Origin: Tubulanus polymorphus
Lineage: Eukaryota; Animalia; Nemertea
DNA length: 64,000 nucleotides
Direction of reading: 5' to 3'
NCBI RefSeq assembly: GCF_964204645.1
Contig: NC_134027.1
Span: forward strand, 7,720,485 to 7,784,484
Shown: piece by piece, positions 42,601 to 54,177 of the stretch
Position numbering within the stretch: the first letter of the stretch is position 1
How the letters are laid out: each line of letters opens with the position of its first letter
Notes under the pieces: model-generated
What the model saw: only the letters and a program-made list of their open reading frames with translations
Told to the model about the DNA's origin: nothing
Database searches by the model: none
Position numbers and translations under genes: made by a program

Positions 42601-45600
42601 ATATTTTCAACATGTTTCTGCTAACTTGTAGCTGTAACAAGCCAATATATTAGATTAAAAAGATTCTGTAAATTAGCTATCACAAGATCAGCGAGGCCTG
42701 GCTCAGACCAGAGTTAAATTTGGCCAGTGCCTAATTATAGAGCGTGTCAATCGCTAAATAATGCTGTGACAAAGTGAAGTGAGTCACTTCCAGCACCAGT
42801 AAGCATTCACACGCAATAATTTGAGCTGAAAATTTGGTATGGCTCAGGTCTGACGTTTTTGGTATGGCCATAGGCATGGGTCCATTTGGCACCCATAGCA
42901 ACGGTTGGCCTTGGCTCATTTGGCACATAGGCCAAAACCACTTGCGTGATCATAGCTGTTTCGTTCCCTGTGGTTTTGTGAGTCAAACAATAGATAAACA
43001 GAGAATGAAAAAAACTGGTTATATCGTTATCGAATCTCAAATGATGAAACCCGCAAAGAGAAACCTTTCATTCTTATTTTCATCCTATTAAGCGCAAAAA
43101 GTGATATTCTCAGGTACGGGATTTTTTGGCCAATTCTTGGTGCCAGCAAATCAACAGGCGAGATTCTTGTAATCTCCGAAAGTTATGCGCGTAGATCCGT
43201 CGATCCTCGACGGATTGAGAAATAAATGAACGGGATCGCGATATCCAGTGCGCTGCCATGGCAACAAAGGTATTTCCTGCTCGGAGATTTTGCCGCTTTT
43301 CCACAAGTCAAAGTCGGTTCATATGACGATGTCATCGGCGGCGGAGGTATACAACCAACGGTCTGTGTGTCGACAACGCGTATCGTATCCCTCAGGTGAC
43401 TGGGGAATACTGACGTTATCTCTGCGTCTCTTTCTCCTTGTTCAGAAAACAATCAGTTTTTGGTACGAAGCACCTAATCATCGTGAGAATTCCGCCCGTG
43501 AGGCAGCGCGCGCGCCCGCGCCAACACGAAACGACAAGAACGAATCAATCTAGAAAAAAAGACCAGGACCCGAGCGCTATTAAGTATTCTATTTCCGGCG
43601 TTGAAGAGGAAATAACGGGTTTCTCATGTTTTTTTACGACGATTCCCATTAGTTACGGTAATAATAGTTTTCCATCGAGGCGTACCCTCGGACGCGATGT
43701 ATTCTGTAAACTGTAATATTGCCCCGAAGCCCTGGTTTGCTTAGCGATGCTATTCATTGCAATTGCGATATTGTCGTTTTTGCACCAGGTGTGAAGCAAC
43801 TTTACTCCAATCACTGTCACGGTAAATCATTTCTATCGTCGCCCGCTCACAAAAAAATCTTTAGCTCATTGCGACCAAGCAGATCATTGCATTTTTTAGA
43901 GTATGTTTTTCAGTTTGAAAACTTATGATCCCTCGAAGCTTTACTTCAATTTTCAATCATAACGTTATATTTTATCATGTACTTTTAGGGGCACTTATGA
44001 TATTTATGTAGAAGTTGATGGTAAGCCTAAATGCGTAGGACAGTACGATAGTCAAGGCAGCTTCGGTGAATTGGCTTTAATGTATAATATGCCTCGTGCT
44101 GCAACTATCATTGCAACATCGGAAGGAACTCTTTGGGCTATGGTAAGTGAAATCAAAAATATTTGTGCTCTGGGTGTTTTTGTTGGTGGGAGAGTAAGGA
44201 ATGGCTCTGATTCTGGGGTTTTATATGGAATCAGAAGCAAAAGTTCCTTTCATAGCTCGCTTGCTCGTTTTAAATTAACCGAATCAAATTGACGAAAATA
44301 ATCACGGATTAGAAATTGAGAAATGCTGCAAAGTTGACTTTTCTCACACGCATCGATAAGATTTCAGCTACAATTCGAATTTAACGGCTTCATTTGCCTG
44401 CGCAGAATTCTCAGAACAATCACCGCTTCGAAAACAAATCTGTTTGAAATATACCTGAAACTTAAGTCTTTTAGATAATTTGCTTGACGAATTGATAATT
44501 GCTTGACCTTAAACACTTGATAGAAACAAAAAATATTTATTCGATTTCTGCGATCGATTATTGAAGGATATTTTCGTCATCAATTCTACGCTCTATTTAC
44601 TAAGACATTTCGAACTACCCTGCAATTTCATCGCGGTAATTAATTTATGTAGCTTGTTTTCGAAGAAGCGCCATTTTCAGTCGTAACTACCCAATATTTG
44701 TAGCGTTGCGTTTTTCAAAGGGCGCATGTGCCCCGCGGCAAAACTGATGAACTTTGATGATCAAATAATATAAGCGGATGTTACGCAGAAATTTGCAATA
44801 CGACTGTGTAGTTCTTATAGACAGCGTCATCTTCTCTTGAGCATAGTGTTCGCTTACACTTCTATGTCTTGAGATATACATTTATTTTTCATCCCTTGAC
44901 AGCTGTCTTCCATTAATGAATGGCGTTATGTTGTAACGGTAATCAAAGTGTCGTGGAAACTGAAACGTATTCGTAGAGTTCAGTACTTTCAAGGTTTTTC
45001 CAATAGATTCTAATGGATGCTATTCGTTCGAATATTCTGTAGATTCACGGGGTGAAATCTTTATGGCCTCCTCCATAAAAGATGGCAGGCTCCTATTTTT
45101 CGTATCACCTCATTTCAGAGCAATTATCAGCATTGATAGAGTATTGACATCCCTGGTAGGGGCAGCAGATATTTTATTTGGGGTGGCTGGTTCTCAGAGG
45201 GGTGGATATAAAAATGAAAGGGATGGCCCCCCTTCCAAACCTGTTGTGGAGAACACTGCTATGATATCATCTTATTGCTTACTAGAATTTGATGTTTGAA
45301 TCTTGCCTGAATATGATGTCATAGGGAGATAAAGGAGTCAGCTATGTTTTAATTGTAGGGAATCTTTGCCACACTTAAGAATCGTCGCTAGTTTTGCGTT
45401 TTGAATCAATGATTAAAATGATGATTACAAATGGTAGTCTAATTAGACCGACGCCCGCTGGATACGTTTTAATCAATCGTTGCTTTAATTTACAGGATCG
45501 AGCCACGTTCAGACGCATCGTATTAAAGAACGCTTTCAATAAACGCAAAATGTACGAAAATCTCCTCGAAAATGTACCAATGCTCAAAACATTAGATGTA

Positions 45601-48600
45601 AGTATCGTTAATTTCAATCTAGTCGTTTGTCGTCCCCCCATTCCTTACCTCCTGCCGAGGGATAAATTCAATTTCGTTTACATCCGCTTTTATGGTTCCT
45701 TATATCATTATTCATAGTGAAGTGGGCTAAGCTTTAGAGATGGTAGTAGTAAAGACATGTGATTTTTGCTACTATCGTATTAGGAAACGTTGGCCCTATC
45801 TTAGCAATAACGACTGTACAGTTAGTTCACAGATACTAACTACGGTCCGTTATTCGCTACTCAATATGGAAATGCGCATGACACTTATCAATAGGCATAC
45901 TTCTTATCAGCGTTGTGGATATACATGGAAACTAATCATTCTGGTCAAGTTGAACGTTGTTACTGGGATCCTGCGCTACCGAGAGGAGGTTCCTCCATTG
46001 ATTTCTCGCATCGGTTTCGCAATATATACATGCAATGCGACATAATTAACTGTATCTTGATGACCGAGCTATGGGATATATATGTTCACCACTGGTCATC
46101 AATTTGGTACCAGAATTGCATTGAATATTTTGCCGCGAAGGCTGCGTCTCAGTTATCAGTCAGACCCTCTGTCACTTCTCTGCTTTCTCAATGTCAACTG
46201 AAGGCTTTGTCCTGTATCAGTTTTCTCTCTCTCTCTATGCCAGAGAATTGAGGCACTCGGTGACAAGCGTGCGTAGAACTGAAGATGAATTTCAGAATGT
46301 AGTTTCCGTCATTGAAAACGAAGTGTATAGCGAGGTCTCTGACAACAAGTGATTACTACTAGTTAAACATACAGTTGGATATGAGATTGACGGTGTAAAA
46401 TGGAAATGTATTTAAAGTTTATCGATTAAAAATATGATTCAGGATGAAAATCAATTCAGTCAAAACAACTCCCAAGACAAGGATTAGTGTCACTTTCAAG
46501 GTTTCAACTAAACCGTCACCAGTCAGCTGGCCTAGTTTAAGGTCACCAGTTTCGTCAAAGAACCTACATTAGATAATGTGCACCCTAGTGAATGAACTAC
46601 GGTAATCATAGTTGCCATCCTAACATACAATACAATTAGTATTAATGAAAACAATTGAAGACAGAATTTTCAGTTTTATTAAAGGATGTTTAAGTACAAT
46701 AGAATTTATAGCCACCATCCTAATTTTATTCATTCACTCCGTTCATCGTCGAATTTTGTTGTTTGATTTGATTTTTTAACTGTTCGATTTCGAGAGTCAG
46801 TTTGTCTCGTTCTAACGCCTTTTTCTCCTTTTCGATCAGTTGTTTGTCCCTCTCGATTTCCAGTATGTGTTTCTGTAGCGCGAATAATTCTCTCTGTTGC
46901 TGCCGTCTCTCCTCAGTATTCTCCTCGAATTCGCTCGACCTCGGCGGAGACAGCGCCGTCATCGAATTTTTCAGATTAACCAGCGGGTTTAAAGCTCTGT
47001 TTCGCGAAGACTTGTCGCCGAATGTCGACAACATCGTACCGACACGCGATTCTTCGGTGACCTTGACATCGGGTTCGCTAGCGGCCTTGAACTTTTTATT
47101 GGGCGGCCATAAGTCGTCGTCGTTAACTTGTATTTCGACGTCGGCTTTTTCGTACGGGGTCATTTCGTTGTCCGTCTCGGATCTCATATTCAGGAATTGT
47201 TGTTGATTGTAGATTAAATCTTTCAATACGGGGAACTTCTGCGAAATCTTCGTCGTCGGGTAAGACGAAGGCGTATCCGGCGCCATGTCGTCGAACGAGC
47301 CGTCGTTGATGCTTTCGACGTCGGAAAATTCAGCCGTCGAGTATGCGGCTGCGGCCGCGGTGGCGGCGCCGGACTGTGCCGACCCGATCATTGGTTGTTT
47401 CGACTGCGGTGGTGTCGAACTCGGCTGCATGCTCATCGGCGCGAACACGTTCTGATCGGATTCCATTTCGGTCGTGTCGATGTCTTCGTTGATCGCTTCA
47501 TTTTCGATCATTTCGGCGGTATCGTCGTCGTCGTCTTCGTCGTCCTCGTCGTCGTCCATCGGTTCGCGTTTGATTCGCGCGTCGTCGCGGTTGATCATTT
47601 TCATGTAGCGTTTTCCGACCATGCCGGCGTTGATGATTTTCAGCGAGGTCGCCGACAGCTGCCGGGTCGGGTATTCGCCGGTCGTCAGCGCTTTTTGATA
47701 CGAGACGAGTTCTCGTCGAGCCGTGTGCAGCAGGTTCTTCCATTTTCTGCGTACGTCGCCGATGCAACGTTTCACGCCCGGATTATGTTTATTCAACACG
47801 ACGCTGATTCCGTACCAAACGGCGTGCTTGCGACTGTTCACTTGTCCGTTAACCTGCTTGTTCAATATGATACCTTTCTGTTTGATCACCTGGTCGACGA
47901 CGTACATGTTTTCGCGATCGGTGAAATTCGGCTTGCGTTTAATCCACTCCATCGTGCCCTGATCGACGACGGCGGGCGGCATGTAACCGTAATTCGTTAA
48001 CGACTCGGCTTCCATTACACCTCGATTATCCATAGTTAATTGAGAGTTAATTGCCTAGCGTTGATTAATCCGGTTCAATCTAAATCCGACTGAAGAACTA
48101 TTTACGCGTTTCAGTTTATATCTAAATAATTCATTTTAATCCGTCGAAATCCGAGCACGAATTCGTCGCTAAGTTATTCGGTACTATAATGAAACAAGTT
48201 TTCATGCCAGAGTCTTCACACACTATTATAAGTCTTATTTATGGACGATATCGCGATATCCTCTCTCCTAATTCTCATCAAATATATAATTTGTCATCAT
48301 TCGGTAATTCTCCGATCCGTAATATTATATCCTTCACACATCTGTCATAATTCGGTGTAGATTTATAACGATGAATAATTTTTCTACGACTCGGTTTCTT
48401 ATATCTGATGTCTGCGTGTGAAAAGCATTACAGCATAGGAGTGAACACTCTAGCTAGCTGAATGTGGTCTGAGCTATGTCTAGTGTAGTTAAACCTCGGA
48501 TAAAGCTTAGTTTGTATCTCAGCCAATAGAATTGTGCGTGCGCTGAGTCGATCAATAAAGTAATGCTACAAGCAAAATATAGCCTAGGTTTATAGGTCAG

Positions 48601-51600
48601 CGCAGTTGTTATTAACACAGGCTTAGTTCTGACTACGCACAATACACCTCGACAATAGAACTAAAACTGGTTTATTTTTAATTTCTCAACTACACAAATC
48701 ACTACGAAAACACGGCAATTTGTTTCCTAGACAATGCTCTACTACGCTCAATGCTCAATAATTATTAAAGATTTTTCGAAGATGCGTAATTAATTCTGTG
48801 TAATTCGCAGAAATATTGACTTTATATGAGATTATGATGAGAATCCGTTTATGGAATGATTACTTCTGAATTTTGGTTATAGCTTCGTGGTAATAACTAT
48901 AAGAGACTATTCATACCTCAAATAGTAATGAACATTTAGGCTTTGAATATTTTTTTAATAAGCGGAATAAAATGTTTCAATATTTATTTCCTGATTTTAA
49001 AGGTCTATTACAATTAAAATCCACTGTTGATTTTCACTTTATTCATGTGTATTTTTGCAGAGTTATGAAAGAATGAACGTCGCGGATGCTTTAGCACCGA
49101 AAACATTCGAAGATGGAGATCTCATCATTAAACAGGTAATCGTGAGATTGAATACGTATGTCTTTCGAGACTTATACTTTCTCTGATTCAGTGTCAGGTC
49201 GTCGAAATATTTATGGTCCTGAAACACCAGTTAGGCTGAGTAGCCTGCGACCCAATCTACTTCATTATTATACAGTTGTATCATACGTATGATATTTTGT
49301 GAAGTACATTTCTGCCCTTTTTGTTGAACTTTGGTTCATTTATTCCTATACGATTTTTTTGTGCCAATAACGCTGATCTCTGTGTTATTAGGCGGCTAAA
49401 ACTCCTTCTGTTGTGTCAATTTTGTGTTGATATGAATGCTATTTTATTAGTTGACATTTAATACTCTTGTAGAGCTATGGTTATTTGTCTGGAACAATCT
49501 GCAGCCCTGTTGACCATTGTCAAACATGCTACTTCTCATAAACTTGATTCCGTTCTCTATTTACCGAAGATTTTTTTATCTCAATCTCTTGCACTGTAGT
49601 CAGATTAGTTTTTTCGTAGAGTGTAAAAATGAATATTTTTAAGATGAACTTTGGTATATTGGTATTTTATGCGCTCTGGCTTATAATATAAGAATTAAAT
49701 TTTTTTTGTGGCGCAAACTACTTGCCATGTACAAGTTAAACTTAAACCCTTAAAAGTGGAAGGATAAATCTATCATAGACTGCATCATTCGAGATACTGA
49801 CAGAGCCATTCGCATTAGATTTGCTTCCAAGATTTTCACAATATGGGTTGAATAATATATGAACTAAATTCAGCCGTAGGAGGTATATGTTCATCACAGG
49901 GCAGCTGCAGCAACTGGTCTTGACAATCCTGACAGTTCAATTGTGAGGTCCTTAGAAAAAATATCGAGAAAATGTCCATGTGCGCAAATGGTTTTTGTCT
50001 GATTCGTAATTCCACCATGAGTAAAAGTGATTGAGTAGAAGGAATGAGGGGAGCCCATCATGTGGTCTAATTTTTCCTAGTCGCACTACCACGCAACACC
50101 GCAATCTACTGTGTAATTATATTATCAAAGAAACAGCGCACAAATTGCTTCTATTGTGTTGGTTATATATGTATATATCACTCATCTTCCGGTGAGATTT
50201 GAATAATGACATCTTTTAGGAATAGACCTTGCTCTATTCAGTCACAAAAAAATATTTAGTATATAACGCTATCATATGCGGTTATCATAGTGTAGTTTTA
50301 CAGTAAACTCTGCCCATCTTGGACACTAAATCTTCCGCCATCTTTTGCAGACCACTAATTGAAATTTGAAAACATCAAGGTTAAGTCGAAGCATGTGGCC
50401 AAATTATTTTTGAAGCTTATAGATGGTGAATACTGAGGCATGAGGACGTTGTCTCTGAGATTGATCGATCAAAGCACCATCCGCGTGTGTATTTTTATCG
50501 CAACAGGTTCATTACGCGATTAATCAATAGGGACTGATTCATTAATATAAGCGAGGTTATATCTATCAATTGTCAGAGGTTTCACCCGACAAGGTGAAAG
50601 TTGTCGTTTTTATTTGCCGATTAATCATTTTTGTGTTTTTATTCCAGGGTGACGATGCTGATTGCATGTATTTCGTCGAGGAAGGTGAAGTAAGAATAAC
50701 CATGACTAACATGGTACGTATGAACGTGCTGAGGGGATCAGAGGTTTCGTTTCGACATCTTCTATCAAATACTTATTAATTCGGAATCAATAGGTTCTCG
50801 TGATTAACCAATGATTGATTTTATTGCACTTATCAGCTTGGATAGGTCTTTATCCTGCTGTTGAATTAAGAGAACCGTGTGGTCCAGGGCCCCACAATCC
50901 AACACTCCATCCTTATCGATATTGATTAATCAATTATGAATTGTGTCAAGACTATTCGATTTTCCAATTTTGCCAATTCTAATTCGCGGTTCTCTGCTGC
51001 ATAGGTGGCCTTCTCTACTGCATAGGTGGCAGCACCATCTGGTTTGAAGTATTATTTCTGGTATTTGCCGTTATGTTTTTCAGAATGATCCGAATACCGA
51101 AGTTGAATTAACCCGATGTAAAAAAGGCGATTATTTTGGAGGTGTGTTTGACTTCACTATTGCTGATATCAATGATATAAATGCAGTATGTTCGATGACG
51201 TGGAATCTGATGATTTACTCATAATTCGGATATTTTTCTCATTTTCAGAATTAGCACTTGTCACTCATAAACCGAGAGCAGCTTCTGCTTATTCCGTAGG
51301 AACAACGCGTTGTGCAGGTAAACGCATAATATTTCTCGCATATGGATAGTTATTGATTCGCGTGTATTTTCACTTTCTATAGAATGACTGTCCGGTCCAC
51401 GTGTTACCTAGACAACATACTATAATACCTGCAATCATTGGTGTCTACATGATGCGTTGCTTGAATGAAAAAATGTCAGGCATTATCAATCACGGCAGTG
51501 TTCTCCGATACAGGTTTTAGAGGAATGGCGACCCCTATCATTTTCACATCCACCCATCTGAAAATCAGTCACCCCCTTATGATATATCTGCTAAGGATCT

Positions 51601-51786
51601 AAAGGATTGTTTTGTTTTTTTTTCAATATCACGTCTCTTTTGTTCTGTTTTTCAGTACTCGATGTGCATGCGTTTGAAAGACTATTAGGACCTTGTATGG
51701 ATCTTATGAAACGCAGTATAGAAGATTACGAAGGTCAACTTGTCCAGATATTTGGCTCAAAGAGCAACATCTCAGACCTACGATAG
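10820..51786 (+). CDS. PRKAR2: cAMP-dependent protein kinase type II regulatory subunit, spliced
   Basis: Exons 10820-11063 (RIIa D/D domain [36 protein letters not shown]), 31248-31283 ([12 protein letters not shown]), 35122-35174 (VSAERYDPE), 36457-36540, 37428-37469, 41443-41507 ([15 protein letters not shown]), 43989-44142 ([19 protein letters not shown]), 45496-45597, 49061-49135, 50648-50713, 51084-51141, 51249-51317 ([19 protein letters not shown]), 51656-51786 ([12 protein letters not shown]). All phases join; the Ser-containing inhibitor site RRKSV marks type II. Confidence 0.96.
11745..11927. mobile_element. Tc1/mariner (pogo/Tigger-like) MITE remnant
   Basis: TA-CAGTGAAACCTGCTTACAACGAACT ... 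AGTTCGCTGTGACGAGGTTCACTG imperfect terminal inverted repeats. Confidence 0.55.
13411..13699. mobile_element. About 290-bp MITE family A, copy 1
   Basis: Ends GTGTGATCGCGGCT; internal sequence shared with copies at 14925, 30423, 34744 and 42675. Confidence 0.7.
14925..15056. mobile_element. MITE family A, internally deleted copy
   Basis: AGCCGCGATCACAT ... GTGTGATCAGGGCT termini and AAATTTGGCC repeats as in the other copies. Confidence 0.7.
15371..15542. mobile_element. PIF/Harbinger-type (Tourist-like) MITE
   Basis: TIRs GGGATCATTCATTTATTACGTAC / GTACATAATAAATGACTGATCCC flanked by a TAA target-site duplication (15368-15370, 15543-15545). Confidence 0.8.
20264..20321 (+). CDS. Candidate alternative first coding exon of PKA-RII ([19 protein letters not shown])
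   Basis: ATG in AATATGG context after an in-frame TAG, 58 nt = phase 1, donor CAG|GTAGGC, downstream of a CpG-rich block (about 19600-20080); encodes RRGAI. Confidence 0.55.
24223..24490 (+). CDS. Candidate alternative first coding exon of PKA-RII with acylation motif ([10 protein letters not shown]...)
   Basis: AAGATGG start, 268 nt = phase 1, donor TAG|GTATGT, CpG-rich hydrophilic ORF; joins exon 31248 in frame. Confidence 0.75.
24851..25022 (-). repeat. tRNA-derived (SINE-head-like) fragment interrupted by fold-back palindromes
   Basis: Minus strand reads GGCGTTTGACTCACAACCGAGAGGTTGTGGGTTCGAATC (anticodon-arm-like plus B box); adjacent 17-bp and 23-bp inverted arms. Confidence 0.5.
29626..29818 (+). 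CDS. Candidate alternative first coding exon of PKA-RII with acylation motif ([10 protein letters not shown]...)
   Basis: GTTATGG start, 193 nt = phase 1, donor AAG|GTTGGT, TATAAG near 29342 and CpG-rich leader upstream; joins exon 31248 in frame. Confidence 0.75.
30423..30706. mobile_element. MITE family A copy
   Basis: AGCCGCGATCACAC ... GTATGATCGTGGCT termini. Confidence 0.75.
32221..32280. repeat. 16-bp tandem repeat, about 3.7 copies
   Basis: TATTCAATTTGAGAAA repeated. Confidence 0.9.
32874..33144. mobile_element. MITE-like element with GGCCGCGT.../...ACGCGGCT ends
   Basis: Short inverted termini and internal TTGGAACGG repeats. Confidence 0.45.
34744..35035. mobile_element. MITE family A copy
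   Basis: AGCGGTGATCACAC ... GTGTAATCACGGCT termini; internal similarity to the 13411 and 30423 copies. Confidence 0.7.
38424..38673. mobile_element. Non-autonomous DNA element with (C/T)AGGGT.GCCAC termini
   Basis: TAGGGTCGCCACT ... AGTGGCAACATG with AGGGAA subterminal repeats; related fragment at about 27360-27480. Confidence 0.5.
42675..42957. mobile_element. MITE family A copy, diverged
   Basis: Shares GAAGTGAGTCACTTCCAG and AAATTTGG blocks with the 13411 copy; ends GCGTGATCATAGCT. Confidence 0.65.
46726..48033 (-). CDS. Intronless Myb/SANT-like DNA-binding domain protein (MSANTD4/NAIF1-like) with C-terminal coiled coil, nested in a PKA-RII intron
   Basis: 435-aa ORF; [10 protein letters not shown]...[31 protein letters not shown] fits the Myb_DNA-bind_5 trihelix pattern; acidic linker; heptad tail [30 protein letters not shown]; AATAAA on the minus strand at 46725-46730 (overlapping the stop) and 46675-46680. 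Confidence 0.85.
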   Translation of the reverse strand: MDNRGVMEAESLTNYGYMPPAVVDQGTMEWIKRKPNFTDRENMYVVDQVIKQKGIILNKQVNGQVNSRKHAVWYGISVVLNKHNPGVKRCIGDVRRKWKNLLHTARRELVSYQKALTTGEYPTRQLSATSLKIINAGMVGKRYMKMINRDDARIKREPMDDDEDDEDDDDDTAEMIENEAINEDIDTTEMESDQNVFAPMSMQPSSTPPQSKQPMIGSAQSGAATAAAAAYSTAEFSDVESINDGSFDDMAPDTPSSYPTTKISQKFPVLKDLIYNQQQFLNMRSETDNEMTPYEKADVEIQVNDDDLWPPNKKFKAASEPDVKVTEESRVGTMLSTFGDKSSRNRALNPLVNLKNSMTALSPPRSSEFEENTEERRQQQRELFALQKHILEIERDKQLIEKEKKALERDKLTLEIEQLKNQIKQQNSTMNGVNE

Positions 51787-54074
51787 CTTCTCGTATAGAT
51801 AGAAAATCATTATGAAATGAAAGAAAAAATTTTCAGTATGCGCAAAACATCAGGGGGAGCCTAGTACAGGCACAGGCTCTCAACATTTTAGTATTTTGTA
51901 CTCTGATGTTTCTTTAAAAATTATAATTTATGGTTATCATTCACGATCAATTAAAAAAAAAGTGAATGATCGATCGGTCAAATTAAATGCGTTTAAATAG
52001 TATAGTATGTTATGTTTCTGTTAAATTCTAATTATTAGCCTTGTAAGGAAGGGTTATGCATATTTCTGGCAAAAACAGTTACCGGTACACAAAATTAAAA
52101 GAAAATAGTTTATGATTTAAGAGGTCATCTCTGATAGATTGTTTTTTTAACGTATGTATATATATATATATATATATATACTGGAACATGTACCGATGTT
52201 AAATGATTCATCTAGACTTGAACAATGCAAGCTATACAAACTTACCTCTTCGAGGTCAATTAATGAGCATGAAGCTATATTAGTGAGCATTAGCTATATC
52301 GAATACTTCAAAGCGTTCTGATTGATTTAACAACAGGAGCCGCGTTTATAAACTTGGTACCAATAACTTGCGAGGTGTGTTCATAGTATCTAGAGGCGTA
52401 ACGTGAATGCCTACAAAACCAGGCCCTGGACTTCAATTTAAGACTGGCCGTAGAAAATTTTGTGCTGCAAATTGGACCTAAGCAACAAATGGTCTTCCAG
52501 TTAATACGTACGTGCAGAAGATGAGTATTGATTTCTGAACTGGAAATTTAAAAAAAAGAAGATTATGTCCTTCCACCATATGATCATTAAGACCTGTCTG
52601 CCTTGATATTTGAATGGACGTGTGTTGTTACGTGTAAAACATGAAACCTGTGCTATGCTTTTATTTTCTTCATATTGATAATCGCTGCCACAAAAACAGC
52701 GTCGTTACTTTCGAATCTTGCCTCAATTTACTCAATCTGTCGGGTGTTAACTTATAAAACAGACGAAAAACTCAATTCTGACCTCAATTCGGATGAGAAA
52801 TATGATGTGCCGAAGACTTAGTAGTAATTAAGCAACATTCCATCTTGTGCTGTGTTACAAAGCCTATACTAAGGAGATTTTGTGTTCGATTTCAACATCA
52901 ATGAATCATTATATGAATATCGGTATAGTACTAGATTTTACAAAAAAGGAATGTTCCAGCAGTAATATATTAATTATATCATCACTGAATGTATCTAATA
53001 TATGTATATAGACCTATATATGATGTGTACGTGGTGTTCCGACCCTTTGTACAGCATTTGTGTTCAAAAAAATATTCACCACAATCCGTGGGAAAAAATA
53101 TATGCTACTATTTTTGTAAATTTCGATGGATGACGATCACGCGGACATCTATCCGTCTGAGGGTATCAAATAAGATAGATATATTCATCACATATCATTC
53201 GATAATTTCGATATTCATGTATACGCATGCATGGATACATTATATATGTATATATGTTTGCTGTCGTGTGTCGTCACCTTTCATGAATCGTTTCGACTCA
53301 TTCGTCCTCATCGTTGAAAACCAAAGCACTGATAGCAATTCGTCGATGAACGAAGTCACCGCATTTTTATGTAAGTGCTTTATAAACCAGATGTTTTTCA
53401 TACTGCGTGCAAAACACTATGTAGCTTAATGAACAAATCATCATAATTCACTGATTCTCAGCCACCCTAAACGACCGCGGCTCAATAGTGCCGCCACTGA
53501 TTGAGAAGGCGCCGATCCAATGTGTTGGTGTTTTGAAAACAAACTCTTGTTATCCTGTCATACATTAATTAATTCTATCTATTTATTTATTTATTTACTT
53601 AAATTGCCATTTTTTGTGTACTGGTGAAAAATTTATCTTAAGCGACATCATTGATGACCTATAGAGGAAGAGTTGCGAGTAATTATATATAGGATGACTG
53701 TTCCTCTGCCATTTACTTTTCTTTCTATGTGGTACCTGTGTATGGTGAGAATATGACAAATGCCTATTTATGTAATTCATGAGGGTCCTGATTTCAGAAA
53801 TAAGTTTAACAAAGAATTATTCAATTTCATCACAATCTCAAGGCTCAAGGGGTAATTATAGATTTTGTTTTCTTGAAATGTGTACTGTACCTGAAAAAAC
53901 CAGCGTGCAGTTGTATAAAACATACCTGGCTTTTCTATACGTGTGAATATATATAAAGTAGGATTTTATTTTGTTTGATCAACTAGTCAATATTCTCACC
54001 TCTCACCTAGCGAAATTTTGTAAGATAAAACAAATTCCTCATTATCTGAACATAATTAGAGTATAGTAGCACAG

Positions 54075-54177
54075 CTGGACCCAGATCCAAAGATCTGTGT
54101 TAAGATTTTAAGCAGAGTTAACTCATGGAAAATGAACTAATTTTAACTCTAACTCATTATTGTGGAACTGGGTCCAG
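54075..54177. mobile_element. Short palindromic MITE
   Basis: CTGGACCCAGATCCA ... TGGAACTGGGTCCAG; similar element at about 35683-35846. Confidence 0.55.
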
